Shown here: piece after piece, positions 9,768 to 19,718 of the stretch
Layout: every line of letters starts with the position of its first letter
Numbering within the stretch: the first letter of the stretch is position 1
Source of the DNA: Escherichia phage T4
Direction: 5' to 3' (one strand)
Sequence record: OL964735.1
Length of the DNA: 64,000 nucleotides
Notes under the pieces: generated by a model
Database searches by the model: none
Told to the model about the DNA's origin: nothing
The model's input: only the letters and a program-made list of their open reading frames with translations
Program-made: the position numbers and the translations under genes

Positions 9768-10393
9768 TATAGTAACTCAAAGAACTCTTTGAGGCCTCTT
9801 ATTACGTGAGCATGGGTTTTTCCACACTCTGGACACTTAATTGGAACAGCCAAATAAACGGTAGGCTTTAAAAGCATATCTTTTATAGCTACAATATCTG
9901 ACTCTGTGATGATAGAATATAAATCTTCTAGTTCCTTTTCATTTAAGTCTTCAACTGGAATGCTTTCCCCGTTAGCATGAATCGTTTCTATACATGATAC
10001 TATCATGTGGGCTATATTTTTATCATCAAAAATTTTAGGGTATCGGAATTTAATTTTAATGTCACCTAGTGTATACCAGAGGTCTTCTGGTGCATCTATT
10101 TGTGTATGTAATAGATTTATATGGGTTGGTATTTCAGTTCCACAGGTGCACTTCCAGGAGTTTTCGTGATTAACTTCACCGAGAGAATGTGCCCATAAAT
10201 GAATCAACAATAGTTCTGATTCTTGGCGGTTTAAATCTTTTGCATTTGTGCAGTCTTTGATTAGCTTTTTAACAATTACTTCTACGGAACCATTATTTTT
10301 GGCAGTAATAAGTTCTAGATATTCTTTAAGCGTGAATGCGCGACAATTGATTATTTTAGAACCAACTCTCACATCAAATTTGTATTCATACAT
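9767..10393 (-). CDS. 26: Baseplate hub protein gp26
   Basis: 208-aa ORF; divergent from gene 51 across a shared late-promoter region. Confidence 0.85.
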   Translation of the reverse strand: MYEYKFDVRVGSKIINCRAFTLKEYLELITAKNNGSVEVIVKKLIKDCTNAKDLNRQESELLLIHLWAHSLGEVNHENSWKCTCGTEIPTHINLLHTQIDAPEDLWYTLGDIKIKFRYPKIFDDKNIAHMIVSCIETIHANGESIPVEDLNEKELEDLYSIITESDIVAIKDMLLKPTVYLAVPIKCPECGKTHAHVIRGLKEFFELL

Positions 10394-10412
10394 ATTTAGC
10401 TCCTTTATTTAT

Positions 10413-10427
10413 CATATTTATAAATAG
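10413..10427. promoter_or_regulatory. Back-to-back late promoters for divergent genes 26 and 51
   Basis: Sequence catatTTATAAATAg contains TATAAATA on the plus strand and an overlapping TATAAATA on the minus strand. Confidence 0.55.
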
Positions 10428-10443
10428 AATAAAAGGAGCATCT

Positions 10444-11193
10444 ATGGCAAACATTATTCGTTGTAAATTACCAGATGGTGTTCATCGTTTTAAACCATTT
10501 ACGGTAGAAGATTATCGAGATTTTTTGTTAGTTCGAAACGATATAGAACATCGGTCACCACAAGAACAAAAAGAAATAATTACTGATTTAATTGATGATT
10601 ATTTTGGAGACTATCCGAAGACTTGGCAACCATTTATATTTTTGCAGGTATTTGTAGGGTCAATAGGTAAAACTAAAGTACCGGTCACATTTATATGTCC
10701 AAAATGTAAAAAAGAAAAGACAGTTCCATTTGAAATATATCAAAAAGAATTAAAGGAACCTGTTTTTGATGTAGCTAATGTTAAAATTAAATTAAAGTTT
10801 CCTTCTGAGTTTTATGAAAATAAAGCAAAGATGATTACTGAAAATATTCATTCTGTTCAAGTAGATGAAATATGGTATGATTGGAAGGAAATTAGCGAGT
10901 CCAGTCAAATAGAACTAGTTGACGCCATCGAGATAGAAACATTAGAAAAAATTCTCGATGCAATGAATCCTATTAATTTAACTCTACACATGTCATGCTG
11001 TAATAAGTACATTAAAAAATACACTGATATAGTAGACGTGTTTAAGCTATTAGTTAACCCAGATGAGATATTTACTTTTTATCAAATTAATCACACACTC
11101 GTAAAAAGTAATTATAGCTTAAATTCAATAATGAAAATGATTCCTGCCGAGCGCGGATTCGTATTAAAACTGATTGAGAAGGATAAACAATAA
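10444..11193 (+). CDS. 51: Baseplate hub assembly catalyst gp51
   Basis: 249-aa ORF (T4 gp51 is 249 aa); gene order. Confidence 0.85.
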
Positions 11194-12368
11194 TGAGTAT
11201 GTTGCAACGCCCCGGATATCCAAATCTCAGCGTTAAATTATTTGATAGCTACGACGCTTGGAGTAATAATAGATTTGTTGAATTAGCTGCTACTATTACC
11301 ACATTAACTATGCGGGATTCTCTTTATGGCCGAAATGAAGGAATGCTGCAGTTTTATGATTCTAAAAACATCCATACAAAAATGGATGGAAATGAAATAA
11401 TTCAGATTTCTGTAGCTAATGCAAATGATATTAATAATGTTAAAACACGAATTTATGGATGTAAGCATTTTTCCGTGTCAGTAGATTCAAAAGGTGATAA
11501 CATCATTGCTATTGAATTGGGAACTATTCATTCTATAGAAAATCTTAAATTTGGTAGACCATTTTTCCCTGATGCAGGTGAATCTATAAAAGAAATGCTT
11601 GGTGTCATTTATCAGGATCGCACATTATTAACTCCAGCAATAAATGCTATAAATGCTTATGTTCCTGATATTCCATGGACTAGCACATTTGAAAACTATT
11701 TGTCATATGTAAGAGAAGTTGCTCTAGCTGTAGGAAGCGACAAATTTGTATTTGTATGGCAAGACATCATGGGCGTTAACATGATGGACTATGATATGAT
11801 GATAAATCAAGAACCATATCCAATGATTGTCGGTGAGCCATCTTTAATAGGTCAATTCATCCAAGAATTAAAATATCCATTAGCATATGATTTCGTTTGG
11901 TTGACTAAATCGAATCCTCACAAACGTGACCCAATGAAAAACGCTACTATCTATGCGCATTCATTTTTAGATTCTTCAATACCAATGATTACTACAGGAA
12001 AGGGTGAAAACTCTATTGTGGTGTCAAGGTCAGGTGCTTATTCTGAAATGACTTATAGGAATGGATATGAAGAAGCTATTCGTCTTCAAACTATGGCACA
12101 ATATGACGGCTATGCTAAATGTTCTACTATCGGTAATTTTAACTTGACTCCTGGTGTTAAAATTATTTTTAATGATAGTAAAAACCAATTTAAAACAGAA
12201 TTTTACGTTGATGAAGTTATCCATGAATTATCCAATAATAATTCAGTAACTCATCTATATATGTTCACTAATGCAACGAAACTGGAAACAATAGACCCAG
12301 TTAAGGTTAAAAATGAATTTAAATCTGATACTACCACTGAAGAAAGTAGTTCTTCCAATAAGCAATAA
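11193..12368 (+). CDS. 27: Baseplate hub protein gp27
   Basis: 391-aa ORF (T4 gp27 is 391 aa); ATG overlaps the gene 51 stop. Confidence 0.9.
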
Positions 12369-12846
12369 AGAAGTTTCTATTCCTAAAATGGGTCTTAAAC
12401 ATTATAACATTTTAAAAGATGTTAAAGGTCCTGATGAAAATTTAAAACTTCTCATTGATTCTATTTGTCCGAATTTATCACCGGCAGAAGTTGATTTCGT
12501 TTCTATTCATTTATTGGAATTTAATGGAAAGATTAAATCTCGTAAAGAAATAGATGGTTATACTTATGACATTAATGATGTTTATGTATGCCAAAGATTG
12601 GAATTTCAATACCAAGGAAATACATTTTATTTTAGACCTCCTGGAAAATTTGAACAATTTTTAACGGTGAGCGATATGTTATCTAAATGCTTACTTAGGG
12701 TCAACGATGAAGTTAAAGAAATTAATTTTCTTGAGATGCCAGCATTCGTTTTAAAATGGGCAAATGATATTTTTACAACTTTAGCAATTCCTGGCCCTAA
12801 TGGTCCAATAACTGGAATTGGCAATATTATTGGATTATTTGAATGA
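12313..12846 (+). CDS. 28: Baseplate hub distal subunit gp28
   Basis: 177-aa ORF; start lies 56 nt inside the 3' end of gene 27. Confidence 0.8.
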
Positions 12847-14615
12847 AAAAGCCACAAGAAATGCAAACGATGCGTAGAAAAGTTATTTCAGATAATAAAC
12901 CAACACAGGAAGCGGCTAAATCCGCTTCTAATACTTTATCTGGGCTTAATGACATATCTACGAAATTGGATGATGCTCAAGCTGCTTCTGAATTAATAGC
13001 TCAAACTGTCGAAGAAAAATCGAATGAAATAATTGGAGCAATTGACAATGTAGAAAGCGCAGTGAGTGATACTACTGCCGGTTCTGAGTTAATTGCTGAA
13101 ACTGTCGAAATTGGCAACAATATTAATAAAGAAATCGGTGAATCGCTCGGAAGCAAATTAGATAAATTAACAAGTTTACTAGAGCAAAAAATCCAGACAG
13201 CTGGAATTCAACAGACTGGAACTAGTTTAGCTACGGTTGAAAGCGCTATTCCTGTTAAAGTCGTTGAGGATGATACTGCTGAATCTGTGGGTCCTTTATT
13301 ACCAGCTCCTGAAGCAGTTAATAATGATCCTGACGCTGATTTTTTCCCTACCCCTCAGCCAGTTGAGCCAAAGCAAGAATCACCAGAAGAAAAACAGAAA
13401 AAAGAAGCATTTAACTTAAAATTATCTCAAGCTTTAGATAAATTAACGAAGACTGTTGATTTTGGATTTAAAAAATCCATTTCAATTACTGATAAAATAT
13501 CAAGCATGCTATTTAAGTACACCGTCAGTGCTGCTATTGAAGCTGCTAAAATGACTGCAATGATATTGGCTGTTGTTGTTGGAATAGACCTTTTGATGAT
13601 TCACTTTAAATACTGGTCAGATAAATTTTCAAAAGCCTGGGATTTGTTTAGTACAGACTTTACCAAATTCTCTAGCGAAACCGGAACTTGGGGTCCTTTA
13701 TTACAGAGCATCTTTGATTCTATTGATAAAATTAAACAACTTTGGGAAGCGGGAGATTGGGGTGGATTGACAGTAGCTATTGTTGAAGGGCTTGGAAAGG
13801 TTCTTTTTAATTTAGGTGAACTTATTCAATTAGGTATGGCTAAATTATCTGCAGCAATTCTTCGAGTCATTCCTGGTATGAAGGATACTGCTGATGAAGT
13901 AGAAGGAAGAGCATTAGAAAATTTCCAAAATTCTACTGGAGCATCTCTCAATAAAGAAGACCAAGAAAAAGTAGCAAATTATCAAGATAAACGAATGAAT
14001 GGAGACCTTGGCCCAATAGCAGAAGGACTAGACAAAATCTCTAACTGGAAAACTCGTGCATCTAACTGGATTCGTGGTGTAGATAATAAAGAAGCGCTGA
14101 CTACCGACGAAGAGCGTGCGGCAGAAGAAGAAAAATTAAAGCAACTTTCACCGGAAGAAAGAAAAAATGCTTTAATGAAGGCTAATGAAGCTCGTGCTGC
14201 GATGATTCGTTTTGAAAAATATGCCGATTCAGCTGATATGAGTAAAGACTCAACGGTTAAATCAGTTGAAGCTGCCTATGAAGACCTTAAAAAACGGATG
14301 GATGACCCGGATTTAAATAATTCACCGGCAGTTAAAAAAGAACTTGCTGCTAGATTTTCTAAAATTGATGCTACTTATCAAGAGCTCAAGAAAAATCAGC
14401 CTAATGCCAAACCTGAAACTTCTGCTAAATCACCAGAAGCGAAACAAGTCCAGGTGATTGAAAAGAACAAAGCACAGCAAGCTCCTGTTCAACAAGCATC
14501 TCCTTCGATCAATAATACTAATAATGTTATTAAGAAAAATACTGTCGTTCATAATATGACACCTGTAACGAGCACGACTGCTCCTGGTGTATTTGATGCG
14601 ACTGGAGTTAATTAA
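12843..14615 (+). CDS. 29: Baseplate hub / tail length determinator gp29
   Basis: 590-aa ORF (T4 gp29 is 590 aa); coiled-coil-rich; gene order. Confidence 0.9.
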   Translation: MKKPQEMQTMRRKVISDNKPTQEAAKSASNTLSGLNDISTKLDDAQAASELIAQTVEEKSNEIIGAIDNVESAVSDTTAGSELIAETVEIGNNINKEIGESLGSKLDKLTSLLEQKIQTAGIQQTGTSLATVESAIPVKVVEDDTAESVGPLLPAPEAVNNDPDADFFPTPQPVEPKQESPEEKQKKEAFNLKLSQALDKLTKTVDFGFKKSISITDKISSMLFKYTVSAAIEAAKMTAMILAVVVGIDLLMIHFKYWSDKFSKAWDLFSTDFTKFSSETGTWGPLLQSIFDSIDKIKQLWEAGDWGGLTVAIVEGLGKVLFNLGELIQLGMAKLSAAILRVIPGMKDTADEVEGRALENFQNSTGASLNKEDQEKVANYQDKRMNGDLGPIAEGLDKISNWKTRASNWIRGVDNKEALTTDEERAAEEEKLKQLSPEERKNALMKANEARAAMIRFEKYADSADMSKDSTVKSVEAAYEDLKKRMDDPDLNNSPAVKKELAARFSKIDATYQELKKNQPNAKPETSAKSPEAKQVQVIEKNKAQQAPVQQASPSINNTNNVIKKNTVVHNMTPVTSTTAPGVFDATGVN

Positions 14616-14623
14616 GGAATAAT

Positions 14624-15718
14624 ATGGCAATTGTTAAAGAAATAACTGCTGATTTAATTAAAAAGTCCGGTGAGAAAATTTCAGCCGGACAGAGTACTAA
14701 ATCAGAAGTAGGAACTAAAACATACACAGCCCAGTTTCCAACTGGGCGTGCTAGTGGTAATGACACTACAGAGGACTTCCAGGTAACAGATCTATATAAG
14801 AATGGATTATTATTTACTGCATACAATATGTCATCTAGGGATTCTGGAAGTCTTAGATCGATGAGATCTAACTACTCTTCTTCATCTTCGAGTATTTTAC
14901 GTACAGCTAGAAACACTATTAGTAGTACAGTATCAAAACTATCAAATGGATTAATATCAAATAATAATTCAGGAACAATAAGTAAATCTCCTATCGCAAA
15001 CATTCTTTTACCGAGATCTAAATCTGATGTTGATACATCATCACATAGATTTAATGATGTTCAAGAAAGCCTTATCAGTAGAGGCGGAGGTACTGCTACT
15101 GGTGTGCTAAGTAATATTGCTTCAACCGCAGTATTTGGGGCACTGGAAAGTATAACACAAGGTATAATGGCTGATAATAATGAACAGATTTATACGACAG
15201 CCAGAAGTATGTATGGTGGTGCTGAAAATAGAACTAAAGTGTTTACATGGGATTTGACTCCACGTTCAACAGAAGATTTAATGGCTATTATTAATATCTA
15301 TCAATATTTTAACTATTTTTCTTATGGTGAAACGGGTAAATCTCAATATGCTGCTGAAATAAAGGGGTATTTAGATGATTGGTATCGTTCTACGTTAATT
15401 GAACCTTTATCTCCGGAAGACGCAGCTAAAAATAAAACACTATTTGAGAAAATGACATCGAGTTTAACTAACGTTCTAGTAGTTTCAAACCCGACAGTTT
15501 GGATGGTGAAAAACTTTGGCGCAACATCTAAGTTTGATGGAAAAACGGAAATATTTGGTCCATGTCAAATACAGAGCATTAGATTTGATAAAACACCTAA
15601 TGGTAACTTTAACGGATTAGCTATTGCTCCAAACCTCCCTAGTACATTTACTCTCGAGATTACTATGAGAGAAATTATCACGTTAAACCGTGCTTCTTTA
15701 TATGCGGGGACTTTTTAA
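14624..15718 (+). CDS. 48: Baseplate tail-tube junction protein gp48
   Basis: 364-aa ORF (T4 gp48 is 364 aa); gene order. Confidence 0.9.
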   Translation: MAIVKEITADLIKKSGEKISAGQSTKSEVGTKTYTAQFPTGRASGNDTTEDFQVTDLYKNGLLFTAYNMSSRDSGSLRSMRSNYSSSSSSILRTARNTISSTVSKLSNGLISNNNSGTISKSPIANILLPRSKSDVDTSSHRFNDVQESLISRGGGTATGVLSNIASTAVFGALESITQGIMADNNEQIYTTARSMYGGAENRTKVFTWDLTPRSTEDLMAIINIYQYFNYFSYGETGKSQYAAEIKGYLDDWYRSTLIEPLSPEDAAKNKTLFEKMTSSLTNVLVVSNPTVWMVKNFGATSKFDGKTEIFGPCQIQSIRFDKTPNGNFNGLAIAPNLPSTFTLEITMREIITLNRASLYAGTF

Positions 15719-16683
15719 TGTATTCTTTAGAGGAATTTAATAATCAAGCAATAAACGCAGATTTCCAACGTAATAATATGTTTAGCTGCGTTTTTGCGAC
15801 AACTCCATCAACTAAAAGCTCTTCGTTGATAAGTTCAATTAGCAACTTTTCTTATAATAACTTGGGCCTAAATTCAGATTGGTTAGGATTAACTCAAGGT
15901 GATATTAATCAGGGAATTACCACGCTAATTACAGCTGGCACACAAAAACTGATAAGAAAATCAGGAGTCAGTAAATATCTTATTGGTGCCATGAGTCAAC
16001 GTACAGTTCAAAGTTTATTAGGCTCATTTACAGTTGGTACATATTTAATTGACTTCTTTAACATGGCATATAACTCATCTGGATTGATGATATACTCTGT
16101 AAAAATGCCAGAGAATAGATTATCCTATGAAACTGACTGGAACTATAATTCTCCTAATATTCGTATAACCGGAAGAGAATTAGACCCTTTGGTTATTTCA
16201 TTTAGAATGGATTCAGAAGCTTGTAACTATCGTGCAATGCAAGACTGGGTTAACTCCGTTCAAGACCCAGTAACTGGACTGCGTGCTTTGCCACAAGATG
16301 TCGAGGCAGATATTCAGGTTAATCTTCATTCTCGCAATGGATTACCTCATACTGCGGTGATGTTCACCGGATGCATTCCAATATCAGTGAGCGCTCCTGA
16401 GTTATCATATGATGGAGATAACCAAATAACTACATTTGATGTTACTTTTGCGTACAGAGTGATGCAGGCTGGAGCAGTTGATAGGCAAGCTGCGCTTGAA
16501 TGGCTTGAATCTGCTGCTATAAATGGTATTCAAAGCGTTCTCGGAAATAGTGGAGGTGTTACTGGACTATCTAATTCGCTTTCACGACTTAGTAGATTAG
16601 GGGGAACTGCAGGAAGCATTTCAAACATTAATACTATGACAGGAATTGTCAATTCGCAGAGTAAAATATTAGGAGCAATATAA
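15718..16683 (+). CDS. 54: Baseplate tail-tube initiator gp54
   Basis: 321-aa ORF; ATG overlaps the gene 48 stop. Confidence 0.9.
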   Translation: MYSLEEFNNQAINADFQRNNMFSCVFATTPSTKSSSLISSISNFSYNNLGLNSDWLGLTQGDINQGITTLITAGTQKLIRKSGVSKYLIGAMSQRTVQSLLGSFTVGTYLIDFFNMAYNSSGLMIYSVKMPENRLSYETDWNYNSPNIRITGRELDPLVISFRMDSEACNYRAMQDWVNSVQDPVTGLRALPQDVEADIQVNLHSRNGLPHTAVMFTGCIPISVSAPELSYDGDNQITTFDVTFAYRVMQAGAVDRQAALEWLESAAINGIQSVLGNSGGVTGLSNSLSRLSRLGGTAGSISNINTMTGIVNSQSKILGAI

Positions 16684-16687
16684 CAAT

Positions 16688-16705
16688 GGGGACCGAAAGG
16701 TCCCC
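16688..16705. terminator. Bidirectional hairpin terminator between convergent genes 54 and alt.-3
   Basis: ggggacc-gaaa-ggtcccc stem-loop flanked by A/T runs on both sides. Confidence 0.6.
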
Positions 16706-16711
16706 ATATTT

Positions 16712-17002
16712 TTATTTACGGAATGAAATGAAAGCAGCAACTGAAGCAACTAAACTGTCTTCAATATAAACTTCAATTTTTACAGGAGCTTCTGACTCAA
16801 ATTTACCTGTTACTACACCCTGAAAAATACTTTCAGTCTGTTCTGGCTTTGAAAAATTTTCAGAAGGAAAAATTCCGAACTTTTTATCTGTTCCAAAAAT
16901 TTTGATAAATTCATCGTAAACCGCTTCGTTAAAAGCATTATCAGCAGGAATAACGCCTTCAACTACAAGTTCTTGACCTAAAAAGCGTAAAGAAGATTTC
17001 AT
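16712..17002 (-). CDS. alt.-3: Hypothetical protein (alt.-3 position)
   Basis: 96-aa ORF downstream of the alt-like fragments. Confidence 0.55.
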   Translation of the reverse strand: MKSSLRFLGQELVVEGVIPADNAFNEAVYDEFIKIFGTDKKFGIFPSENFSKPEQTESIFQGVVTGKFESEAPVKIEVYIEDSLVASVAAFISFRK

Positions 17003-17024
17003 TTTGTGTTCCTCATGTTATGTT

Positions 17025-17065
17025 AGTAAGACTACTATAACACAACACGAGGGACTTGTAAACTA
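17025..17065 (-). promoter_or_regulatory. T4 early-type promoter (GTTTAC -35, TATAGT -10) upstream of alt.-3
   Basis: Minus strand GTTTAC, 17-nt spacer, TATAGT; same about 50-bp cassette recurs upstream of alc at 30155-30208. Confidence 0.5.
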
Positions 17066-17238
17066 CATTTTGAACTTTTTAGTACGCGTAATAGGCATGC
17101 GTCGATTTTATACTGTTTCATTGTTTGAAGAGCAGTATCAAAAACAGCATTAATGACACCAATTGGATTTCCACCCAAGTTTTTAAGCTTAACTAATGAT
17201 AGTTTCTCATTAACACCTATCATTACGATATGCATCAT
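17035..17238 (-). CDS. alt.-2: Alt paralog fragment 2 (homolog of Alt residues about 63-130)
   Basis: 67-aa ORF; MMHIV...QYKIDAC...L motifs align with the Alt N-terminal region in this window. Confidence 0.6.
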   Translation of the reverse strand: MMHIVMIGVNEKLSLVKLKNLGGNPIGVINAVFDTALQTMKQYKIDACLLRVLKSSKCSLQVPRVVL

Positions 17239-17420
17239 TTTATCGCCTGGTTTAACGTTTTATTTGTATCACCGCCAGAGGTGTATGTACAAAATCTAAA
17301 TCCAGGAAGTACACTTTCTTCACCGGCTTGAATAGCAAAAATTTGTGGTATTTTATGCTTAGGATTTAAGTTAACAACCGGCGCCGAAGCGCCGTCAAAT
17401 AATTCTGTAATAAGTTCCAT
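17235..17420 (-). CDS. alt.-1: Alt paralog fragment 1 (homolog of Alt residues 1-60)
   Basis: 61-aa ORF; MELITELFD...KIPQIF...PGFRFCTYTSGGDTN matches the Alt N-terminus; its stop overlaps the start of the next fragment (ATGATG). Confidence 0.6.
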   Translation of the reverse strand: MELITELFDGASAPVVNLNPKHKIPQIFAIQAGEESVLPGFRFCTYTSGGDTNKTLNQAIK

Positions 17421-17423
17421 GAT

Positions 17424-19472
17424 TTATCCTTGAACGAACTTGTAAGGCATGTTTGCAATATCTATGCAAGACGCAATAATTCCAAGAGATGATTCTACTT
17501 TCTGTTTAACATTTGATGAAACAAATGATGCAAAGTCAACTCTATCTTCTATATCACCTGTCATTGTAACCAATTCACCAGTTTCCATTAAATGGTCTCC
17601 GTCATAGATTACCGATTCGGTGAGTTCTTCTGTGGTCATAACTTCAGCTTGAATAAGCTTGTTGTTAGTTTTAACTGTTCCATCATTGTAAGATGCATCG
17701 GTTATTTTATTAACTTTGACCATTAATCCACGTGGCAAAATGACTTCCATTTCATTTGAAGGCGCTAAACTTCCACCGGGTAAAACAACATTGACCTTAT
17801 CAGCCCCAGTAATAACCCATCCAATTCCAACTAAATTATCGCTAGAATTTACAAGTCCTTCATCAGTTTTATCAATAGAAACGCTTAAACGCTTTTCGTC
17901 TGGTAAAACACCTATAGATGAATCAGTCATCCAAGTACCAAAAATATTTGGATATAATGATGTTGACACAAAGTTTCTAAAATAAAAAACTCGATTTTTT
18001 ACCATTGCTTCGTATATTGAAGGTAACATTCGTTGTGAACGATACAAAGTAATACCTTTTGGTAATCGTTCACCATTTTTAAAGGCTGAATCTAAATTAT
18101 CAATAGCTTTTTCTATGTCAGATGCTGTCAAAATACTTGTACGCTCATCTGGATTATATAATCCCAAAAGAGCATTATTTATGTCTACATATCCTGAACC
18201 TACGTATTCACGAATTCCGCGTTTTTGCGCTGGTGTGTATTTAGATGAATCTTTATTTTCGACTATAGGATGTAATGACCATCCAGCGGTAAGAGCATAT
18301 CCACGTAATTCTCTTCGAATAATCTTTGTTTTTATTGCATTCCAAGAATTTTGTACTAACTCATTTGCAGCATCTTGGTTTAAATGCGAATGTTTGTTAA
18401 TATTTCTTTCAAACCAAGCACCCTTATATTTTTCTAAAGTATCATCGACGATAGAAGCAATAGTTTCTAAGGTTTTTATTGAAGTAATAGATTCTTTTCG
18501 TAATCTTTCTAAAGCTTTATTTTTTATTTCTGCGTTAATAATGGATTCTTTATCTTCAGGAATTATAGAAGCTTCTCTGAATGCCATCCCAGCTGTAACA
18601 CTGCTAAGAGCATTCTCTAGTGCAAATCCTGAAGTAGAAATTACCGTTAATTCATTAGAATCAGAAATTAAAGGCGCGTCCGCTGGTTTATTTAATTCGG
18701 CCGCTGAAGCCTCAAATTTTTGAAACATTGGTGTTTCAAATCTAGAAGATTCCAATGACTGACTTTGCGCAATTGCTCTACGGGAAATTTTAACTTTAAC
18801 GATTACAGCTTGGTCAGAACGTTTATCATTTTCTTGCGCAATAGATGCTGCAATTGCCTCATTTTTAGTTACTTGAGCCCCAGTATCTTTATTGATATAA
18901 ACATCACCGACCTTCGATTCAACTTTAGTAAAGAGCTCGGTACTAATTTCCGGAACTCCTGGAATGTCTTCTAGTGATACATTTTTGCGATGTATAAGAA
19001 TATATGCATACTTTTTATCGTAATCCCAGAGTTCCTTAAGAAGGACGTATCTACCACCTGAACGACTACGGATAAGTCTATCAGCAATAACTTGAATTTG
19101 TCGAGCTTGGCCAGCAGTTTTAGACTTAAGAATACGGAGCATACAGGCATCAATTTTATACTGGCGCATTGTTTGCATTGCAACAGTAAAAACTGAATTG
19201 ATATAATTAATTGGGCTTGGACCAAGACCTTTTAATTTAGCAATTGAACCTTTAGCAGTTAATGTAAAAGGAACAATATGCATCATTTTATCGCCCATCT
19301 TTAAATCACGATTAGTATCACCTCCAGATGTATAGGTACATAAACGAAAGCCTGGTTGTTCAATTGCATCATCAACATGAACTGAAAAAATTTGCGGTAT
19401 TTTCTTCTTTGGATATAAGTTTGTAATTGGAAGAGTAGTATCTTCGTCAAATAATTCTGTAATAAGTTCCAT
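17424..19472 (-). CDS. alt: Alt ADP-ribosyltransferase (head-packaged)
   Basis: 683-aa ORF with tandem Met at the start (T4 Alt is 682 aa, so the second Met is taken); position between 54 and gene 30. Confidence 0.85.
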   Translation of the reverse strand: MELITELFDEDTTLPITNLYPKKKIPQIFSVHVDDAIEQPGFRLCTYTSGGDTNRDLKMGDKMMHIVPFTLTAKGSIAKLKGLGPSPINYINSVFTVAMQTMRQYKIDACMLRILKSKTAGQARQIQVIADRLIRSRSGGRYVLLKELWDYDKKYAYILIHRKNVSLEDIPGVPEISTELFTKVESKVGDVYINKDTGAQVTKNEAIAASIAQENDKRSDQAVIVKVKISRRAIAQSQSLESSRFETPMFQKFEASAAELNKPADAPLISDSNELTVISTSGFALENALSSVTAGMAFREASIIPEDKESIINAEIKNKALERLRKESITSIKTLETIASIVDDTLEKYKGAWFERNINKHSHLNQDAANELVQNSWNAIKTKIIRRELRGYALTAGWSLHPIVENKDSSKYTPAQKRGIREYVGSGYVDINNALLGLYNPDERTSILTASDIEKAIDNLDSAFKNGERLPKGITLYRSQRMLPSIYEAMVKNRVFYFRNFVSTSLYPNIFGTWMTDSSIGVLPDEKRLSVSIDKTDEGLVNSSDNLVGIGWVITGADKVNVVLPGGSLAPSNEMEVILPRGLMVKVNKITDASYNDGTVKTNNKLIQAEVMTTEELTESVIYDGDHLMETGELVTMTGDIEDRVDFASFVSSNVKQKVESSLGIIASCIDIANMPYKFVQG

Positions 19473-19500
19473 CATATCCTCTCTAGTGTTTATTCTATTC

Positions 19501-19508
19501 TATTTATA
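19501..19508 (-). promoter_or_regulatory. Late promoter (TATAAATA on minus strand) upstream of alt
   Basis: Plus-strand tatttata is TATAAATA on the minus strand, about 30 nt upstream of the alt ATG. Confidence 0.5.
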
Positions 19509-19514
19509 AAATTA

Positions 19515-19532
19515 AAGGCCCGAAGGCCTTTA
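19515..19532 (-). terminator. Hairpin terminator upstream of the alt promoter
   Basis: aaaggcc-cgaa-ggccttt stem-loop. Confidence 0.5.
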
Positions 19533-19718
19533 ATAATCTATTGGTAAGAGAGTACGATATATTTCAAACTTTGGACCTTTTTCATAAGCATCAAATGTTT
19601 CTGTGAATTTATTATAAGCATATGCATCTATAAATTCAATCATGATTTGTGATACAGAAGTAGAAACATCTCCACCTTCTTTTTGAGCCACGACAATTGT
19701 TTCTAAGTAAGCTTTCAT
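19530..19718 (-). CDS. Hypothetical small protein between gene 30 and alt
   Basis: 62-aa ORF; start overlaps the gene 30 stop. Confidence 0.5.
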   Translation of the reverse strand: MKAYLETIVVAQKEGGDVSTSVSQIMIEFIDAYAYNKFTETFDAYEKGPKFEIYRTLLPIDY

